A stretch of DNA of 64,000 nucleotides from NCBI GenBank assembly GCA_963835065.1, contig CAWIEK010000039.1:61244-125243 (forward strand), given 5' to 3'. The notes beneath the pieces are model-generated. The model saw only the letters and a program-made list of their open reading frames with translations, did not search any database and had not been told where the DNA came from. This document shows, in pieces, positions 39,877 to 49,564 of the stretch. Source of the DNA: an uncultured Chthonomonadaceae bacterium (lineage in GTDB: Bacteria > Armatimonadota > Chthonomonadetes > Chthonomonadales > Chthonomonadaceae). Each line of letters starts with the position of its first letter. Position 1 is the stretch's first letter. The position numbers and the translations under genes were made by a program.

Positions 39877-40746
39877 TCAGGAGGCGCGGCTGAGGAAGGT
39901 GTCGAGCAGGAAGTTGACGCGCTCCGGTTCCTCGTGGTGCAGCCAGTGCGTGGCCTGCTCAAAGAAGATCAGTTCGCCCTGATCGCACAAATCAATGCTC
40001 GGCTGCGCCAGTTCGCGATCCAAAAACACGTCGTTTGCGCCCCAAAGCATCAGGGTAGGAACTGAGACGCGAGCATTGACGGGCGGCAAATCGGGGCGGC
40101 GCATCAGGGCGCGATACCAGTTCAGCATGGCCGTGTACGCGCCGGGCTGCGCCCATGCCTGACGGTAGAGGTTCATGTCCGCTTCGGAAAACGTGCCGGG
40201 ACGGCTGCTGCGGCGCATAGCCTGCGTGGGCATCCGCCAGTTTCCCAACCGCGATGTCCATTCCGGCAGCCAGGGCAATTGAAAGAAAAAGATGTACCAG
40301 CTTCGCAGCAGTTGGCGCGGGTGACGGCGGATGTGCGGCAGGAACACGGCGGGGTGCGGCACGTTCAGCGCGGCCATGCGCTCCACGCGCTCCGGGGCGT
40401 TGAGGGCCAGCCACCAGGCCACGTTCGCGCCCCAATCGTGCCCCACAACAAAGGCTTTTTCGTATGCCGCCGCATCCATCAGGCCGCAAATGTCGCGCCC
40501 AAGCGCAGACAGGCGGTACGCGGCAATGCCTTTGGGCTTGTCGCTAAGATTGTAGCCGCGCTGATCGGGAACCCAGACGCGATAGCCCGCCTGCGCCAGC
40601 GCGCCGATCTGTTTATGCCAGCCGTGCCAATATTCGGGAAAGCCGTGCAGCAAAATCACGAGCGGGCCGTTCTTTGGCCCCGCCTGAACCACATGCAGGC
40701 GGACGCCATTGGTAAGTACGTTCTTATGCTTCCACTCTTGCTCCAT
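39877..40746 (-). CDS. Alpha/beta hydrolase, epoxide hydrolase-like
   Basis: LLHGFPE, DQRGYNLS, GHDWG and THWLHHE motifs. Confidence 0.93.
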   Translation of the reverse strand: MEQEWKHKNVLTNGVRLHVVQAGPKNGPLVILLHGFPEYWHGWHKQIGALAQAGYRVWVPDQRGYNLSDKPKGIAAYRLSALGRDICGLMDAAAYEKAFVVGHDWGANVAWWLALNAPERVERMAALNVPHPAVFLPHIRRHPRQLLRSWYIFFFQLPWLPEWTSRLGNWRMPTQAMRRSSRPGTFSEADMNLYRQAWAQPGAYTAMLNWYRALMRRPDLPPVNARVSVPTLMLWGANDVFLDRELAQPSIDLCDQGELIFFEQATHWLHHEEPERVNFLLDTFLSRAS

Positions 40747-40773
40747 GATTTGTAGGCTTTACTCCGATATGTA

Positions 40774-42036
40774 TTACAAACGCACAGCTTTGCGGGTGGC
40801 AAGCGGCCTGCCGTTTTCGTCGGTTTGAATCGGCCCCTGACTATACAGATCATACGTCGCGCCATTCTTCTGATACTTCATCGTATCGCCCGTAAACGGA
40901 TCGTCCGTCAAATGCCCGATGTGCAGGTCGGACAGGCTGTTGGGCAGAAAGTTGTGTTCCCATTTATAGCGGCGAATGGCGGCATGAACGCCGAGCAATC
41001 GTATCGTGGCCTGATTCTGGTCGTACTTGTCCACCACATTGGAAAGCATTGGCGCGATTAGATTACATAGTGCGCCGCCGGGAGATTTCTCCTTGATTTC
41101 CTGAATGGACTTGCGCTCTTTGGCCGGCTGTTTCAGGTTGGCAATCACGCTGTCAAAGTACGCGGCAACCAGCGTTTTCGCCCGGTCTATGGCCGGGCCA
41201 AATTCGGTGGGGTTGGTTTTTAGATGATTCAGCAGCGCCTGTGTATCGGCATTCGGCTGCTCCTCATTCGAGGTCGCCTGATTGAGTACCTGTTCCAGCC
41301 CCTTGAAGTCATTACGTTTGTTTTCCAAAAGGCGCAGCGACGTTTGTTTCTCGTCCGTGAGTACCAGAGTGGCGGGCGAGGGGGATTCCAGCCAGTCTTC
41401 CACTAATCGCTGCAAGTGGCTGCACTGGTACTCGGAAAGCTGATCCAGATGCGCGGCAAAACCTTTCAGGACAATGGCTTCCACGGCAACGCCGACAAGC
41501 CCGTTAATCAGGGTATTCGACTGCATCCGGTAGCCGAAGCGCAGGCCATCGCCCAGAGCGTCCATGGCCGCGTCAACGCGCCCGTCCGCGAAGCACACGT
41601 ACATTTCCGTGTTCAGCAGCCGCGCCAGTTTGCGAAACCCGGAGAGTTCCACAAGCGGCGTGTTCTCATCCGGGAGCAAATACGGACTTTGTACGGGCTT
41701 TTCCAGGCTTTTGTGCAGCAGCAAAAGCGCCTGCTGCACGGTGGGGTCAGTAAGCAGGCGGCGTTTGAAGGTCAGGGTCGCGCCCGCATCCATCGCGTCA
41801 TCCGCCATTTTGTTGTTTTGCACCAGGTCAACGGCCCGCACCCAATCCTCATAAGCGTTCATGTTGGTCGGGGTTTTAAAGAGGCGTGGGAAATTAGGCG
41901 GTTTGGGCGGTTCCGGTTCGTCCTGCGCCCGGACGGGACTGCACCACAGGCAGGCGATTCCGATGCCTGCTAACACTGCCAACCGTTTTCCTCGACGCGG
42001 TAAAATTTTCGATGTTGTTTGCTGATGTTTGCGCAT
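40774..42036 (-). CDS. Exported helical hypothetical protein, paralog 1
   Basis: Signal peptide; C-terminal LPNSL...DPFTG...YDLYSQGP. Confidence 0.85.
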   Translation of the reverse strand: MRKHQQTTSKILPRRGKRLAVLAGIGIACLWCSPVRAQDEPEPPKPPNFPRLFKTPTNMNAYEDWVRAVDLVQNNKMADDAMDAGATLTFKRRLLTDPTVQQALLLLHKSLEKPVQSPYLLPDENTPLVELSGFRKLARLLNTEMYVCFADGRVDAAMDALGDGLRFGYRMQSNTLINGLVGVAVEAIVLKGFAAHLDQLSEYQCSHLQRLVEDWLESPSPATLVLTDEKQTSLRLLENKRNDFKGLEQVLNQATSNEEQPNADTQALLNHLKTNPTEFGPAIDRAKTLVAAYFDSVIANLKQPAKERKSIQEIKEKSPGGALCNLIAPMLSNVVDKYDQNQATIRLLGVHAAIRRYKWEHNFLPNSLSDLHIGHLTDDPFTGDTMKYQKNGATYDLYSQGPIQTDENGRPLATRKAVRL

Positions 42037-42075
42037 GCGAATGTGTCTCCTTCGCCAACAAACGGTAAATAGTGT

Positions 42076-43362
42076 TCAGCCTGCGGGCTGTAGGCGGATG
42101 GGCTGCGCGGAAACCGACGCGGAACGTTCCTGACTACCGCTTGCCGCAGGTCCGAAACTGCTCAAGTCGTAAACTGCGCCGTCCCGCTTGTACAGCAAGG
42201 TGCTTCCGGTGTAAGGGTCGGTGTTGAGCGCGCCCAAATGCAGGTCGGCAAGGCTGTTGGGCAAGCGGTTGTACTCCCATCGGTAACGGTGAATGGCGGC
42301 ATGGACGCCGAGCAGCCGCACTTTCGCTTCCAGGGCATCGTACCAGCGCGTGGCTTCGTTGGCCTCGATGCTCACAATGGACAGCAGCTTCCCTTCCGGC
42401 GTATCGTCTTTGGGAAACGGCACGGGGATACGCTTGTTGACGGGCCGGCTGCAATTGGCAAGCGCTGCGTCATAGTGGGCGGCTATCAGCGCCTGCGCGC
42501 GGCCAATCATGGCGTCAAGGTCGCTGGGGCGCTGCCGGGCGTAAGCGCTGATGTTTTGTAAGTTGGCGCCTTGCGTGACGGGGTTTTCTATGCGCGCTTC
42601 CATAAGTTTTATGAGGGTATCGGGATCGGTTCGTGTCTTGTCCAGCCGGTTCAGCAGGGCTATTTTCCTTTGCTGAAGAAGCAGGGTGGCATGGGAAGGC
42701 GCTTGCAGCCAGTCCTCGACAATACGCTGTACGCGGCGGCACTGGTACTCCGACAACTGATCCAGACGGCTATACAACGCGCTCAAGACGGCCTCCTCAG
42801 ACACGATGCCCCACCCGCCACTGCCTGGGGTATCCCCCTGCATCCGCTGGCCGAATTGCAGCCCTTCGTCCAGCGCGGCAATCGCGCTGTCCAGATTGCC
42901 CTCAGCGCAGCGCGCATAAATTTCAAGTTTGAGCAGCGTCGCCAATTTATACAGCGCGGACAATTCCGGGGCAGTAGCGTTGGTATCAAGCAGGCGCGCA
43001 GGCGGCTGGGTCGGCTTGTTCAAGCCCTGCCGCAATAGATGGAGCGCCTGCTGTACCTGCGGATCGTCCAGAACCTTCCGTTTCTGCGTCAGCGTCGCGC
43101 CCTCGTCGTCCAGCGCGTCCAGCAATTTGTTGTTCTGTATCAAATCGCCCGCGAGTACCCACTCTTCATAGCCATTCAACCCCGTCGGCGTTTTGAATAC
43201 AATAGGAAAGGCCGGCGGTTTGGGCGGGAGTGGCGCGTCCTGCGCCAACGCGGGGCGCAGCAGCAAACTCGGCAGGCAGGCAACAGGCAAGCAGGCAGCA
43301 CAGGGAAGCAAACGCCAGCGCATAATTTGTCGCATTTTCAACGCTCCGGCAAGACGAACCAT
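42076..43362 (-). CDS. Exported helical hypothetical protein, paralog 2
   Basis: Shares FKTPT, LDQLSEYQC, RLLGVHAAI and LPNSL blocks with its neighbour. Confidence 0.85.
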   Translation of the reverse strand: MVRLAGALKMRQIMRWRLLPCAACLPVACLPSLLLRPALAQDAPLPPKPPAFPIVFKTPTGLNGYEEWVLAGDLIQNNKLLDALDDEGATLTQKRKVLDDPQVQQALHLLRQGLNKPTQPPARLLDTNATAPELSALYKLATLLKLEIYARCAEGNLDSAIAALDEGLQFGQRMQGDTPGSGGWGIVSEEAVLSALYSRLDQLSEYQCRRVQRIVEDWLQAPSHATLLLQQRKIALLNRLDKTRTDPDTLIKLMEARIENPVTQGANLQNISAYARQRPSDLDAMIGRAQALIAAHYDAALANCSRPVNKRIPVPFPKDDTPEGKLLSIVSIEANEATRWYDALEAKVRLLGVHAAIHRYRWEYNRLPNSLADLHLGALNTDPYTGSTLLYKRDGAVYDLSSFGPAASGSQERSASVSAQPIRLQPAG

Positions 43363-43436
43363 TTGTGAACTCCAGCGAACAAGACGCTTCCGCCACCATT
43401 CGGTTTCACAATATCTGCGGCAGGCGCGCTTTATCT

Positions 43437-45812
43437 CTACTTGACTTTGGCTTCTTCTCTTGCGCCGGTGGCGCGGTGCAGGTTGAGGATGTCTCCCAAT
43501 CCGTAGAGTTTCTTGATGATCATATCCAGATGTTCCGTGTTGCGCACTTCGATGGCGAGTTCCAGCGTGGCGGTTTTGTCGCGGTGCGACTGCGTTTTGA
43601 TGGCCGTGATGAACGTCTTGTTTTCCGCGAAGACATTGGTAACGTCGGCGAGCAGGCCCGTTCGGTCCATTGTGCTGAGAATAAGATAGACCTGATATAC
43701 CTGGCTGTCGCTCCCGACATATTCGACGGACTGGCAGCGGTCCGCTTCGGTTTTGAGATATTGCTGCGCGTTGGGACAGGCGCGGCGGTGCAGCGCCATG
43801 CCCCGGCCTCGCGTGATATAGCCCACCACATCGTCGCCGGGAATGGGCAGGCAGCAGCGCGAACGGCGAAACAGCACGTTTTCGGCTTCCACGCCATCCG
43901 CCGTAATGCGCAATTTGCGGTCATCGGCGCGCTTGCTGCCAAGTTTGAAGGTCGGTTCCTGCGCTTCCGGCGCGGGCTTCAGGCGGTTGAGAACCGTTGC
44001 CGCCGCAACAGTGCCGTAGCCGATGGACGCAAGCAATTCGATCTCGGACGGCATGTTGAACGAGGACGCGATGCCACGCAGGGATTCGTCTTTGAGCAGG
44101 TCGCGGGGGTTTTCGCCCCACGCTTTGGCGTCGTGGGCCAGCAGGTTGTGCAGCTCTTTTTCCAGCAGTTCCCGCCCCGCCAGAATGTTTTCCGCGTGGT
44201 GCAGCCGCTTGAAATATGCCTTGATTTTGGTTTTGGCGTGGGAGGTTTTGACCAGGGCGAGCCAGTCTTTGGAGGGGTTGGCATTGGGGCGCGTGATGAT
44301 TTCCAGCACGTCGCCGTTTTTCACCTGATAGGAAAGCGGAACCAACCGCCCGTTCACTTTCGCGCCCACGCAGTGGTCGCCAACCGCGCTATGGACGCGG
44401 TACGCGAAATCAATGGGGCTGCTGTTGGCGGGCAGGTCAATCACGTCGCCTTTGGGGGTCATTACGAAAACCTGATCCGTGAACAGGTCTTCCGTAATGT
44501 TGCGCATGAACTCGTTGGGGTCTTTGCTGTCGGCCTGCCAGTCAAACATCTGCTGGCGCAAAAAAGCCAGTCTGCGCTCGAACGGCTCGCTGGTTTTGCC
44601 GCCTTCTTTATACTGCCAGTGCGCGGCGATGCCGAACTCGGCTGTGCGGTGCATTTCCCACGTCCGTATCTGCACTTCCAGGGGCGTGGCGTTGGGGCCA
44701 AGCACCTTGATGTGCAGGGATTGGTACATGTTGGACTTGGTTTGCGCGATGTAGTCCGTGTACATGCCGGGGATGGGCTTCCACAACCCGGAAACGATGC
44801 CCAGGGCGTGGTAACATTCAGGGCGGGTGTGGACAATCACGCGCAGGGCGGTCAGGTCGTACAGGTCGGTAAACTCAAGCCCCTGCTGCTTCATCTTGTT
44901 GTAGATGCTGTACAGGTGCTTGGGACGGCCCTTGACCTGCGCGTCAATGTCCGCTTCCTTGAGTTTGGCGCTCAAAACCACAATGGCTTCGTCCACTTCG
45001 GCCTGCCGCTCGGCGCGGTTGCGGGCGACAAGGGCGGCGATTTGCTGGTATGCATCGGGTTCCACGTACTTGAACGCCAGGTCTTCGAGTTGCCATTTTA
45101 ATTGCCAGATTCCCAGACGGTGGGCGAGGGGCGCGAAAATTTGGAGGGTTTCGGTCGCCATGCGGAACTGGCGCGAGGGGGAAAGCGCGCCCAGGGTTCG
45201 CATGTTGTGCAGTCGGTCAGCGAGTTTAATGACGATAACGCGCAGGTCTTTCGCCATCGCCACAAAAATTTTACGCAGGTTGGCGGCGTTTTTCGCCATA
45301 TCCGCCTGCTTTTTGCGCCGCGCGCGGAAGTTCTCGCTGAGTTCCTGATCCTCTTCGGCGTGTTCGTCCTTCTTTTTGCCCTCGTCTACGCCCGCAATTT
45401 GCAGTTTGGTAACGCCATCCACCAGATGCGCCACTTCCTGCCCAAAATCGCGCGCCAACTGCTCCGAAGTAATACCGCAATCTTCAACAACATCGTGCAA
45501 CAGGCCGGCGGCCAGAGTCTGCTCGTCCATTTCCAGATCGGCCAGAATTTCCGTCACTTCGACGGGATGAATGATATAGGGTTCGCCGCTGCTGCGGGTC
45601 TGATCCCGGTGCGCGTAATGGGCGCAGTCGAAGGCGCGGCGCACCAAATCAACATCCGCCTGCGGGCGGTGTTCCAGCAGGCGCGTGACGATGCGCTCCA
45701 TGCCTGCCCGTACGGCTTCCAGGCTGGCTTGCGCGGAACATTGCGCGGCCTTGTCCTGAGCGTCTTCGGGCGGCGTCCATTCCAGCGCGGGACGGGGTGA
45801 AACTTGTGTCAT
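43437..45812 (-). CDS. rel: Bifunctional (p)ppGpp synthetase/hydrolase (long RSH)
   Basis: RSSGEPY, LLHDVVED, KLADRLHNMRT, GRPKHLYSI, YQSLH and EVQIRT motifs; TGS, CC-zinc finger and ACT domains. Confidence 0.96.
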   Translation of the reverse strand: MTQVSPRPALEWTPPEDAQDKAAQCSAQASLEAVRAGMERIVTRLLEHRPQADVDLVRRAFDCAHYAHRDQTRSSGEPYIIHPVEVTEILADLEMDEQTLAAGLLHDVVEDCGITSEQLARDFGQEVAHLVDGVTKLQIAGVDEGKKKDEHAEEDQELSENFRARRKKQADMAKNAANLRKIFVAMAKDLRVIVIKLADRLHNMRTLGALSPSRQFRMATETLQIFAPLAHRLGIWQLKWQLEDLAFKYVEPDAYQQIAALVARNRAERQAEVDEAIVVLSAKLKEADIDAQVKGRPKHLYSIYNKMKQQGLEFTDLYDLTALRVIVHTRPECYHALGIVSGLWKPIPGMYTDYIAQTKSNMYQSLHIKVLGPNATPLEVQIRTWEMHRTAEFGIAAHWQYKEGGKTSEPFERRLAFLRQQMFDWQADSKDPNEFMRNITEDLFTDQVFVMTPKGDVIDLPANSSPIDFAYRVHSAVGDHCVGAKVNGRLVPLSYQVKNGDVLEIITRPNANPSKDWLALVKTSHAKTKIKAYFKRLHHAENILAGRELLEKELHNLLAHDAKAWGENPRDLLKDESLRGIASSFNMPSEIELLASIGYGTVAAATVLNRLKPAPEAQEPTFKLGSKRADDRKLRITADGVEAENVLFRRSRCCLPIPGDDVVGYITRGRGMALHRRACPNAQQYLKTEADRCQSVEYVGSDSQVYQVYLILSTMDRTGLLADVTNVFAENKTFITAIKTQSHRDKTATLELAIEVRNTEHLDMIIKKLYGLGDILNLHRATGAREEAKVK

Positions 45813-46212
45813 CTGGCGCGGCTCCCTTGCGACACAAACAACGATGTTCGGGGCGGATACGCTTTCTCAGCAAACCTGACATGACCCCAAACAGGAAAAG
45901 AAAACGATATACGGCACAAAACAGAAGGAAAAGACAAATGACACAAAGCAGGAACGGCCACGCTGACGTTCCTGCTTCATAGGAAAAATCTGCCACTTTA
46001 GGCGTAAGATTGCCTCAACGACACACGCGCTTACAAGTCTTTCCTCTATCTCTTTGTACGTAATTTAAGGACTTTCAGTATACCACGAATCATGCCCGGA
46101 AAAGTTGCCTCCACAAAGACGAACAAGAACGAAGAAGACAAACTATATAGAAGAAATACGCGCTGACGAAGCGAACATCCTTGCATAACGCGCAAGGAGC
46201 AGCCATTTCAAA

Positions 46213-47172
46213 ATGACTCACGAGGGAGAAGAAGCACAAGAACAGAATTCAGAACAACACGTCGCGCCTGCCCCGTCTAACACGTCAGAAGGAGCGTCGG
46301 CACAAGCGGCGGACAATAACTATCCCGGTCCGCTCGGCATCTGGAAGAACACGAACCTGACGGATGCGGAACAGCGCATAGAGCAGGCATTTGCGGAGCA
46401 GTTGCAATCGGATGTGGCCTATTGGATGCGGGAGTATCTGAGACGCAATGGACGTATTCTGGACACGGATTTAGCCCGCGTCCTATCTGCGGAGTGGAAC
46501 TTCAACAACGAAAGCCGCGCCCTGCTTACTACTGCGGTACATAATCCCGCCAGTGCCTTTATCAACGCTCTCTACGACGAGTTGTTGCAGCAGCCGATAA
46601 TGGCCCCACAGGATACAGTCTTATTTATGGCAGGCGGGGGTGGTTCAGGTAAAACTTCGACTATCCAGTTACGAGTTGCTGCCATGCTTGACAGGGTGTG
46701 TCTGACCTATGACACCACGTTTTCACGATTGGAGCCTGCGCAACAGAAAGTAGAGGCGGCGCTTGCGGCAGGCAAACAAGCGCTTATCGTGTATGTATAC
46801 CGTCCCTTTGACGCAGCCGTTCGCGGCGTGATAGACCGTTCCCTAAGCAACGGACGGACAGTTCCGTTGAACGTTCTCGCAGGAGATCATGTTGGCGCCC
46901 CGCAAACTGTGCTGCAACTTGCGAACATATACACGTCTCATACGAAAGTACGCATCCGGGCTATAGACAACAGCGCGACTGATGTTTCCGAGGCCGTTAT
47001 GTTGCCGCGTCAAGAAATGCTGTCTTTTCTGCAAAATTTGGCGTATACTCAGGTAGAAGATTTACATCAACACGCGCAGGAGGTACTCAGGGATGAAATT
47101 ACCAGACGAGAGGGAACGTTCGAACCGCTTCCTGAATATATCATCACAACCCTCAACAGGGGATACGTTTGA
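46213..47172 (+). CDS. Zeta-toxin-like P-loop kinase
   Basis: LFMAGGGGSGKT, YDTTFS, IVYVYRP, R....GRTVP and IDNS motifs; AAGGAG RBS. Confidence 0.8.
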   Translation: MTHEGEEAQEQNSEQHVAPAPSNTSEGASAQAADNNYPGPLGIWKNTNLTDAEQRIEQAFAEQLQSDVAYWMREYLRRNGRILDTDLARVLSAEWNFNNESRALLTTAVHNPASAFINALYDELLQQPIMAPQDTVLFMAGGGGSGKTSTIQLRVAAMLDRVCLTYDTTFSRLEPAQQKVEAALAAGKQALIVYVYRPFDAAVRGVIDRSLSNGRTVPLNVLAGDHVGAPQTVLQLANIYTSHTKVRIRAIDNSATDVSEAVMLPRQEMLSFLQNLAYTQVEDLHQHAQEVLRDEITRREGTFEPLPEYIITTLNRGYV

Positions 47173-47395
47173 AGCTCGCGCAGATGAAATTGTAAACATT
47201 CTTTTATCCGGGTTGAAGGAAAGCGTGAAAGCGGAACAAGAGCGTCAACAGCAATTCGACGCCGCCGTGCAGCGCGGCGTTGAGGGCAGGCTGCGGGCGT
47301 ATGGCATTTGCAGCGCCGCCGGTACGCCGTGTGAAAGCAGCAATCATCCGGTGGGAACTGCGGAAACGCCTGTTGCCGCAAATTTCGGGCCATAA
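47093..47395 (+). CDS. Small protein overlapping the 3' end of the zeta-like gene (candidate partner/antitoxin)
   Basis: AGGAGG 9 nt before ATG 47093; amphipathic helix ADEIVNILLSGLKESVKAEQERQQQF. Confidence 0.5.
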   Translation: MKLPDERERSNRFLNISSQPSTGDTFEARADEIVNILLSGLKESVKAEQERQQQFDAAVQRGVEGRLRAYGICSAAGTPCESSNHPVGTAETPVAANFGP

Positions 47396-47757
47396 TTTGG
47401 AGCCGAGCGTTACCGGGAAGCAGGCCGCAAACGGCGAGGGCAACATTCCCGGCGTACAAACAGGCGGACATGCCGGAAACGGTTCCGGCGTTCCCGACAT
47501 GCGCGGCATTTTGGACAGGGACGCAGCGACGGCTGCCGACGAACGGACGTATGCGGAAGCCGGTACGCCGGTTTAAACTCGCAGTCATAAATTTCGCTAT
47601 CTACGCTCCAAGCCTGCAAAAATGCAGATTTGGGGCGTATTTTGTTACAGCAAATTTCTTTTGGCGGGAATAGAAGGAAATAGTATCTGCCGTTGCGAAT
47701 ATGCTTGTATGATTTCTATAGTAATGTCTGCAATTGCCGCCGGAAGAGGAAAATGCG

Positions 47758-49437
47758 ATGCCTTGTGAAAATTCACGGTTCAGAGTCGGGCAGGTCATCG
47801 GCTCGTACACCTTGCTGGAGTGCAAGGGAGAAGGCGGCTTTGGCGAAGTGTGGAAGGCGCAGCGCAAGAACGTCATGGCGGCTCCTCCTGTCGCCTTGAA
47901 GCTGTCTCGTTATCCTCAACTGCATCAGAACGCCGTACGGAAGGAAGCGGAACTGTGGGTAAAAGCAACAGGTCTTCCGAATGTTCTGCCCGTTATCGAG
48001 GCGAGCGTTTACAATAACGAGGTGGCAATTGTCAGCCATTATGTAGACGGCGGCACGCTGACGCAGTGGCTGCAACGGCATAAAGGCAAAGCGCCCTCTG
48101 TTGCGGCGGCAGTGGAAATCATGGCAGGGATTCTGATGGGCCTGGAAGGGCTGCACTCGCGCGGAATCGTATATCGCGACCTGAAGCCCGACAACATTCT
48201 GATGCAGGGCGAAATGCCTCTGCTCACCGATTTCGGCATTTCGCGCATCGTGGAAAGCACCACTGCCTACACGCAGCAGGCGATGGGAACGCTTCACTAT
48301 ATGCCGCCGGAAGCGTTTGAGACAAACGAGAAAAACCAGACAAACGAGAAAAAGATTCAGGTCTCGAAAAAGTCGGACCAATGGGCGGCGGCGGTAGTTT
48401 TATATCGTCTGTTGACAGGGCAATTGCCGTTTCCGCAGAAGGAATTGGGGCCGTACATGAATGCGGTATGCAATCAGCCTCCGCCTTCCCTGCCGAATAC
48501 CGTTCCCGCGCATATTAAACGGGTACTCTCGCGGGCTTTGCAGAAAGACCCGGAAAAGCGTTTTGTATCCGCAGCGGCGATGCGAACAGCCCTGCTTACG
48601 CCCGACTCTGCAACGCAGCGCCCTTCCGAACGCCTGAACTTTCTCAATCCTCTGCTTACGCGCCTCAATCAGCGGGCGGCCTCGCCAACGCGCCGCCCTG
48701 CCGAACGGCCTACCGTAGCGGCTGTCAGCGCCTCTGCCATGTCCAATCCCCATGCAGAAGCGGCGACAGCATTAAACGAACTCCGGTTAAGCCTTCATAT
48801 AGCTCCCCCTGTTGTCAAACTGTATATTGCGCTTTTAGGCATCGGGGTTTGTTTTCAGGTCTTCATAGCTTATTATCAACTTTTTGCATCAAATTTTTCC
48901 GGGGCTGGTCATCATTATTATCCACAGGGCGCAATGCGTTATATGGTGATTATCGGCACTCTAATTTTCACTCTGTGGGCATTGCTTCGAATTCCCATAA
49001 GGTTGTCACAAGGCCGTATAGTGACTCGTCACTCCCTACTTCTGCCAATCATTGTCTCGGGTTTCTGGTTTGTCACCCTGATTCTCGGAGGTCTATATTT
49101 CTTCGCCATTAATTTCTCCTCAGTACTTAGTAGATTTCCTCCGGGAGTTTTAATGGGCATTTCATGGGTCAGTTGGTCATTCTTATTTTATCGGCTGACC
49201 AGAACTACGGACTTCAAAAGCCACATCAAGAAACAAATGCGCCTGCTATTACTGGGAGGTCTCGCCGAAACGTTAATAGCCATGCTATCCTGTATAGAAG
49301 CTTATAGCAGAAACAATTTTGAACATATAATTAATTATGTGACAGTATTTAGAATGGGGTTGGCAGTGATAATGCTCTCTTTTGGCCCTGCAATGTTTTT
49401 CTTTTATCGTGAACGAGTGGAAAAAAGAAGCAGGTAA
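47758..49437 (+). CDS. Hanks-type Ser/Thr protein kinase with multi-TM C-terminus
   Basis: GEGGFGEVW, VALK, YRDLKPDN, TDFG and YMPPE motifs; about 6 TM helices. Confidence 0.93.
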   Translation: MPCENSRFRVGQVIGSYTLLECKGEGGFGEVWKAQRKNVMAAPPVALKLSRYPQLHQNAVRKEAELWVKATGLPNVLPVIEASVYNNEVAIVSHYVDGGTLTQWLQRHKGKAPSVAAAVEIMAGILMGLEGLHSRGIVYRDLKPDNILMQGEMPLLTDFGISRIVESTTAYTQQAMGTLHYMPPEAFETNEKNQTNEKKIQVSKKSDQWAAAVVLYRLLTGQLPFPQKELGPYMNAVCNQPPPSLPNTVPAHIKRVLSRALQKDPEKRFVSAAAMRTALLTPDSATQRPSERLNFLNPLLTRLNQRAASPTRRPAERPTVAAVSASAMSNPHAEAATALNELRLSLHIAPPVVKLYIALLGIGVCFQVFIAYYQLFASNFSGAGHHYYPQGAMRYMVIIGTLIFTLWALLRIPIRLSQGRIVTRHSLLLPIIVSGFWFVTLILGGLYFFAINFSSVLSRFPPGVLMGISWVSWSFLFYRLTRTTDFKSHIKKQMRLLLLGGLAETLIAMLSCIEAYSRNNFEHIINYVTVFRMGLAVIMLSFGPAMFFFYRERVEKRSR

Positions 49438-49564
49438 AGAGATAGTTGTCTCTTTTGCGTTATGCCGCTTCCAAACTCTCCGTATGCTGGATGTGCAAAA
49501 GCCAGCCTTCTTATCGCACAAGTATCCCATCTCGAAGACTGTACTGCACAGGAAGACTAAAGTG

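Noticed and set aside
43365..45101. 578-aa plus-strand ORF (also 15484..17175, 34116..35420, 26183..27118, 36626..37663)
   Set aside because: Antisense shadows of well-supported genes in GC-rich DNA; no recognisable motifs
45813..46212. tRNA or integration site between rel and the zeta-like gene
   Set aside because: No cloverleaf or T-loop motif, att-like repeat or integrase seen
47280..47576. 98-aa ORF downstream of the zeta-like gene
   Set aside because: No convincing RBS, overlaps the better-supported 47093..47395 ORF, low-complexity product
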